Below are positions 60,818 to 64,000 of a stretch of 64,000 nt of DNA, piece after piece. Under the pieces are notes generated by a model, which was given only the letters and a program-made list of their open reading frames with translations, was not told the DNA's origin and did no database searches. The DNA is from Bythopirellula sp. GTDB lineage: Bacteria; Planctomycetota; Planctomycetia; Pirellulales; Lacipirellulaceae. The position numbers and the translations under genes are program-made. Each line of letters begins with the position of its first letter. The first letter of the stretch is position 1. Location of the stretch: the NCBI GenBank assembly GCA_965216565.1, contig OZ244170.1, forward strand, positions 3,264,001 to 3,328,000, read 5' to 3'.

Positions 60818-62332
60818 ATGTCACCTCTCCAGACGATAGATATCGTGGTCCTCGTTGTGTACGTCCTTGGCGTAGTCGTCTTGGGATGCTGGTTTGCACG
60901 CCGTAGTACCCAATCCGATTCGTTCATGATTGCTGGCGGTGCCTTGCCAGGCTGGGTCGTTGGCTTCTCTATTTTTGGTACCTATGTCAGTAGCATTAGT
61001 TTTCTGGCAAATCCCGGCAAGAGCTACGCAGCGAATTGGAATCCGTTTGTCTTTAGCCTGTCCCTACCAATTGCCGCCTGGATAGCGACGCGTTGGTTTG
61101 TGCCTTTCTACCGTAATAGCAACGAGATCTCTGCTTATACGCATCTCGAGCATCGTTTCGGTGTGTGGGCGCGTACTTATGCTGTCGTATGCTTTTTATT
61201 AACTCAAATTGCGCGGATCGGGACCATCCTTTATCTCGTGGCACTAGCCCTATCTCCGATGATCGGCTGGGATATTCGGACCATCATTTTGGTGACTGGG
61301 GTTCTTGTAACTGGCTACACTTTGCTAGGCGGTATAGAGGCGGTTATTTGGACGGATATGATTCAGAGCATCGTTCTCACGTTGGGAATTGTGATATCGC
61401 TAGGCGTGCTGTTTTTCCAGATGCCGGCAGGACCCTCACAAGTTTTTGAAATAGCAACGGCAGACAACAAACTAAGTCTGGGGAGTTTTGGCAGTTCACT
61501 AGCTGAACCTACTTTTTGGGTTGTATTACTCTATGGAATTACTATTAATCTTCAGAACTTTGGTATCGACCAGAGCTACGTGCAGCGATATCTAACAGCT
61601 AATTCTGAGACCTCAGCAAAACAAAGCGTTTGGCTCGGTGCTTTGCTTTATCTGCCAGTGTCGGCATTACTGTTTCTGCTTGGAACTGCCCTCTACACCT
61701 ATTATTCGGTTTCTCCCGACTTGTTGCCCTCCGCGGCAGGGGAGCTTAAACCCGATGCAATCTTTCCACACTTCATTCTGACCGAATTGCCCGCTGGCGT
61801 GACAGGGTTATTGGTTGCAGCGATATTTGCCGCCGCAATGAGCAGCGTCGATTCCAGTCTGAACAGCTCAGCAACGCTTGTCCTTTGCGACATCTACAAG
61901 AGATACTTTCGCCCGGATGCCACGGAACGAGAATCTATGGTCGTTCTCTATAGTGCGACTCTCTTTTGGGGGGTGGTTGGCACAATCGCTGCACTGGCAA
62001 TGATTCATGTACAAACCGTACTTGATGCCTGGTGGTTGCTGGCTGGAGTATTCGGCGGAGGAATACTCGGTCTCTTTCTGCTGGGACTCATGGTGCCACG
62101 ATCACATTCAAAACAAGCTGCTGTAGCAGTAGTTGTTGGGGTCTCGGTGATTCTCTGGATGAGTCTTTCTAGTGCCGATATGTGGCCTTCAGCGTGGGCC
62201 GCTTATGAAAGTCCGTTGAACGGGTTTCTCACGATAGTAGTGGGAACGTTTGCAATACTTTCTATTGGATATTTGCTAACAAAACTTAAGCACTTCCCAC
62301 GTCCAACAGATTCCGCAGAGCTTAACTCCTAA
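60818..62332 (+). CDS. Sodium:solute symporter (SiaT-like)
   Basis: SSISFL..PG, SAYTHLEHRFG, GGIEAVIWTD..Q, DQSYVQRYL, AAAMSSVDSSLNS. Confidence 0.93.
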   Translation: MSPLQTIDIVVLVVYVLGVVVLGCWFARRSTQSDSFMIAGGALPGWVVGFSIFGTYVSSISFLANPGKSYAANWNPFVFSLSLPIAAWIATRWFVPFYRNSNEISAYTHLEHRFGVWARTYAVVCFLLTQIARIGTILYLVALALSPMIGWDIRTIILVTGVLVTGYTLLGGIEAVIWTDMIQSIVLTLGIVISLGVLFFQMPAGPSQVFEIATADNKLSLGSFGSSLAEPTFWVVLLYGITINLQNFGIDQSYVQRYLTANSETSAKQSVWLGALLYLPVSALLFLLGTALYTYYSVSPDLLPSAAGELKPDAIFPHFILTELPAGVTGLLVAAIFAAAMSSVDSSLNSSATLVLCDIYKRYFRPDATERESMVVLYSATLFWGVVGTIAALAMIHVQTVLDAWWLLAGVFGGGILGLFLLGLMVPRSHSKQAAVAVVVGVSVILWMSLSSADMWPSAWAAYESPLNGFLTIVVGTFAILSIGYLLTKLKHFPRPTDSAELNS

Positions 62333-62346
62333 CCATAAAGAAGAAT

Positions 62347-63408
62347 ATGAATCGATCTTCAACAACAAACGGTTTTCTCAAATCGAAGCAGGGACCAAGA
62401 TCATCCACAGATACATTGAAATTGCAGGGAATCATCCCACCATTAGTCACTCCCTTGGATGTCAAAGGTGAGCTGGACAAAGAGAGCTTACAAACTGTAG
62501 TAGAGCACGTGCTTGCAGGAGGAGTGCATGGGGTATTCGCTTTGGGTACGACTGGAGAAGCGACAGGCTTGTCTCAGGCGGTACGAAAGCAGGTCATCCA
62601 GGAAGTATGCCAACTTGTGCGTGGACGCGTTCCGGTGCTCGTTGGTCTGATGGACTCTGTATTGGAGAATTGCCTATCACTTGCGAGTGAAGCTGCCGAA
62701 CAAGGTGCTGATGCCATCGTTGTTTCTGCACCCTACTATTTCAAGCTAGAACAAGCAGAGCTTCTACATTACGTGCGAACAATCAGAAACCATTCATCAC
62801 TGCCAATCTATTTATACAATATTCCAGAGCTTACAGGCACCGAATTTACGCCGGAGACGGTTCTTCGCCTAACCGAACTGACGCAAGTAGTTGGGATCAA
62901 GGACAGCTCAGGGAATCCAGAATACCTCTCGGCCATTCAAAAAGTCGCTGCGGTACGTGAAGACTGGTCGATACTCGTGGGTTCGGACGAACTGCTTGTA
63001 GACTCTGTGATGAAAGGCATTCATGGAGGAGTTTCCGGCAGTGCAAATGTGTGGCCTCAATTACTCGTGGCACTTTACGAATCGGCCTCTCGTAAAGACT
63101 CGGAACGGTGCAGCTCACTCAGCTCCATACTCAAGGAACTCATGTCGATTTTCAAGTTCGGAAGTTACGGAATCGGTGGAATTCGAGGCATGAAATGCGC
63201 TCTTTCTCTTCTGGGGATTTGTGAAGATCGCCTGGCAGCTCCTTATGTCGAATGCGACTCCGAACAACGTGAATTCATAAAGGGGCAGCTAATGAGCCTT
63301 GATCTACTTGGAGATGCATCTGAGGGTTTGCAATACGAGATTCCCAAGCCCCACTTCAGAAGCAAACTCAATCGCAATGCTTCAGTTAATAGCTCGACTC
63401 ATACCTAG
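62347..63408 (+). CDS. Dihydrodipicolinate synthase / N-acetylneuraminate lyase family aldolase
   Basis: GIIPPLVTP, GTTGE, LYNIP, GIKDSSG (Schiff-base Lys). Confidence 0.93.
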   Translation: MNRSSTTNGFLKSKQGPRSSTDTLKLQGIIPPLVTPLDVKGELDKESLQTVVEHVLAGGVHGVFALGTTGEATGLSQAVRKQVIQEVCQLVRGRVPVLVGLMDSVLENCLSLASEAAEQGADAIVVSAPYYFKLEQAELLHYVRTIRNHSSLPIYLYNIPELTGTEFTPETVLRLTELTQVVGIKDSSGNPEYLSAIQKVAAVREDWSILVGSDELLVDSVMKGIHGGVSGSANVWPQLLVALYESASRKDSERCSSLSSILKELMSIFKFGSYGIGGIRGMKCALSLLGICEDRLAAPYVECDSEQREFIKGQLMSLDLLGDASEGLQYEIPKPHFRSKLNRNASVNSSTHT

Positions 63409-63474
63409 CGAGCCAACTGACCACGTTCAAGATTAGCCTCAAAACTCTCAGTGATCTTCATCCAAGGAATAACC

Positions 63475-64000
63475 GTGACAGAGAAATCGTTATTCAGAAA
63501 TCAAAGTCGACTAAAAAGTGTCCGAGCAAAGGGTTTCACGCTTGTTGAACTTCTTGTCGTGATATCGATCATTGGCGTGCTCGTGGCCCTGTTATTACCC
63601 GCGGTTCAGGCTGCTAGAGAAGCTGCTCGTCGCATACAGTGTACTAACAACCTTAAGCAGCTGGGCTTGGCGCTCTTGAATTTTGAAAGCAGCCAAGACG
63701 AATTACCTCCGTCGGCCGTGACCAACGAGTTTGGTCGTGAAGTGTACGGCAATTCGAATCGCTCATGCTTTGTTTTTCTACTGCCATACATAGAGCAACA
63801 AACTCTAGCCGACATGTTCGTGTTGGGCACTGGCACGAATTTTTCGGATCGTAGAAACTGGGAGCATCAAGTAAACCGACCTTTCTACCAAAACGTACTG
63901 CCGAGCTTGCAGTGCCCCACAACTCCTACAGGCGATCGATTGCTTGAGGGCTTGTCGACATCCAATCAGCCCTATCGAAATGCGGGGCCGACGGATTACT
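63475..64000 (+). CDS. DUF1559 prepilin-like protein (3' end outside window; absent from the ORF track)
   Basis: AAGGA RBS and GTG at 63475: MTEKSLF...[48 protein letters not shown]. Confidence 0.93.
   Translation, partial: MTEKSLFRNQSRLKSVRAKGFTLVELLVVISIIGVLVALLLPAVQAAREAARRIQCTNNLKQLGLALLNFESSQDELPPSAVTNEFGREVYGNSNRSCFVFLLPYIEQQTLADMFVLGTGTNFSDRRNWEHQVNRPFYQNVLPSLQCPTTPTGDRLLEGLSTSNQPYRNAGPTDY

Larger units (their letters stand above)
45780..64000. mobile_element. tRNA-Arg-targeting integrative element / genomic island (right end outside window)
   Basis: att fragment, repeated CGGTA(A/G) sites, primase-helicase, DUF1580, decayed gene, visibly more AT-rich sequence. Including the cargo beyond 51 kb is inference. 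Confidence 0.72.

Noticed and set aside
1..64000. CRISPR arrays, rRNA, intact tRNA, IS transposases
   Set aside because: No spaced repeats, complete RNA genes or transposase motifs were seen by eye.

Overview
This window looks like planctomycete chromosome, probably Lacipirellulaceae (Bythopirellula-like); that assignment is inferred from the DUF1559 prepilins and the PEP-CTERM proteins with GLDFLxWQ dockerin-like repeats. 1-12 kb holds housekeeping genes: trpB, trpA, ABC components, a HEAT lipoprotein and a DAC-domain protein. 12-22 kb is a tandem array of seven PEP-CTERM genes behind a sigma54 promoter, led by an Asp-less receiver and a small basic protein, next to a receiver-less sigma54 activator and a divergent GumC/CpsD-like pair. 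22-29 kb has an ECF sigma factor, three tandem GspF/PilC genes, pseudopilins and a DUF1559 gene. 31-44 kb is a Tad (cpaE/tadABCEG) locus without Flp, RcpC or secretin. It instead carries a TPR/beta-barrel (Slam/DUF560-like) gene, a divergent secreted YXWGXW/Gly-rich protein and an inverted atypical FixJ-type regulator, and a 15-bp dyad recurs in its intergenic regions. At 45780-45821 a tRNA-Arg(CCG) 3' half, broken at the anticodon loop, marks the att end of an integrative element that runs off the right edge. The element carries a primase-helicase, DUF1580, a frameshifted gene and probably a GntR-controlled, DUF1559-containing sialidase-like/SSS/aldolase utilisation locus. All calls are by eye from sequence motifs; no searches were run.
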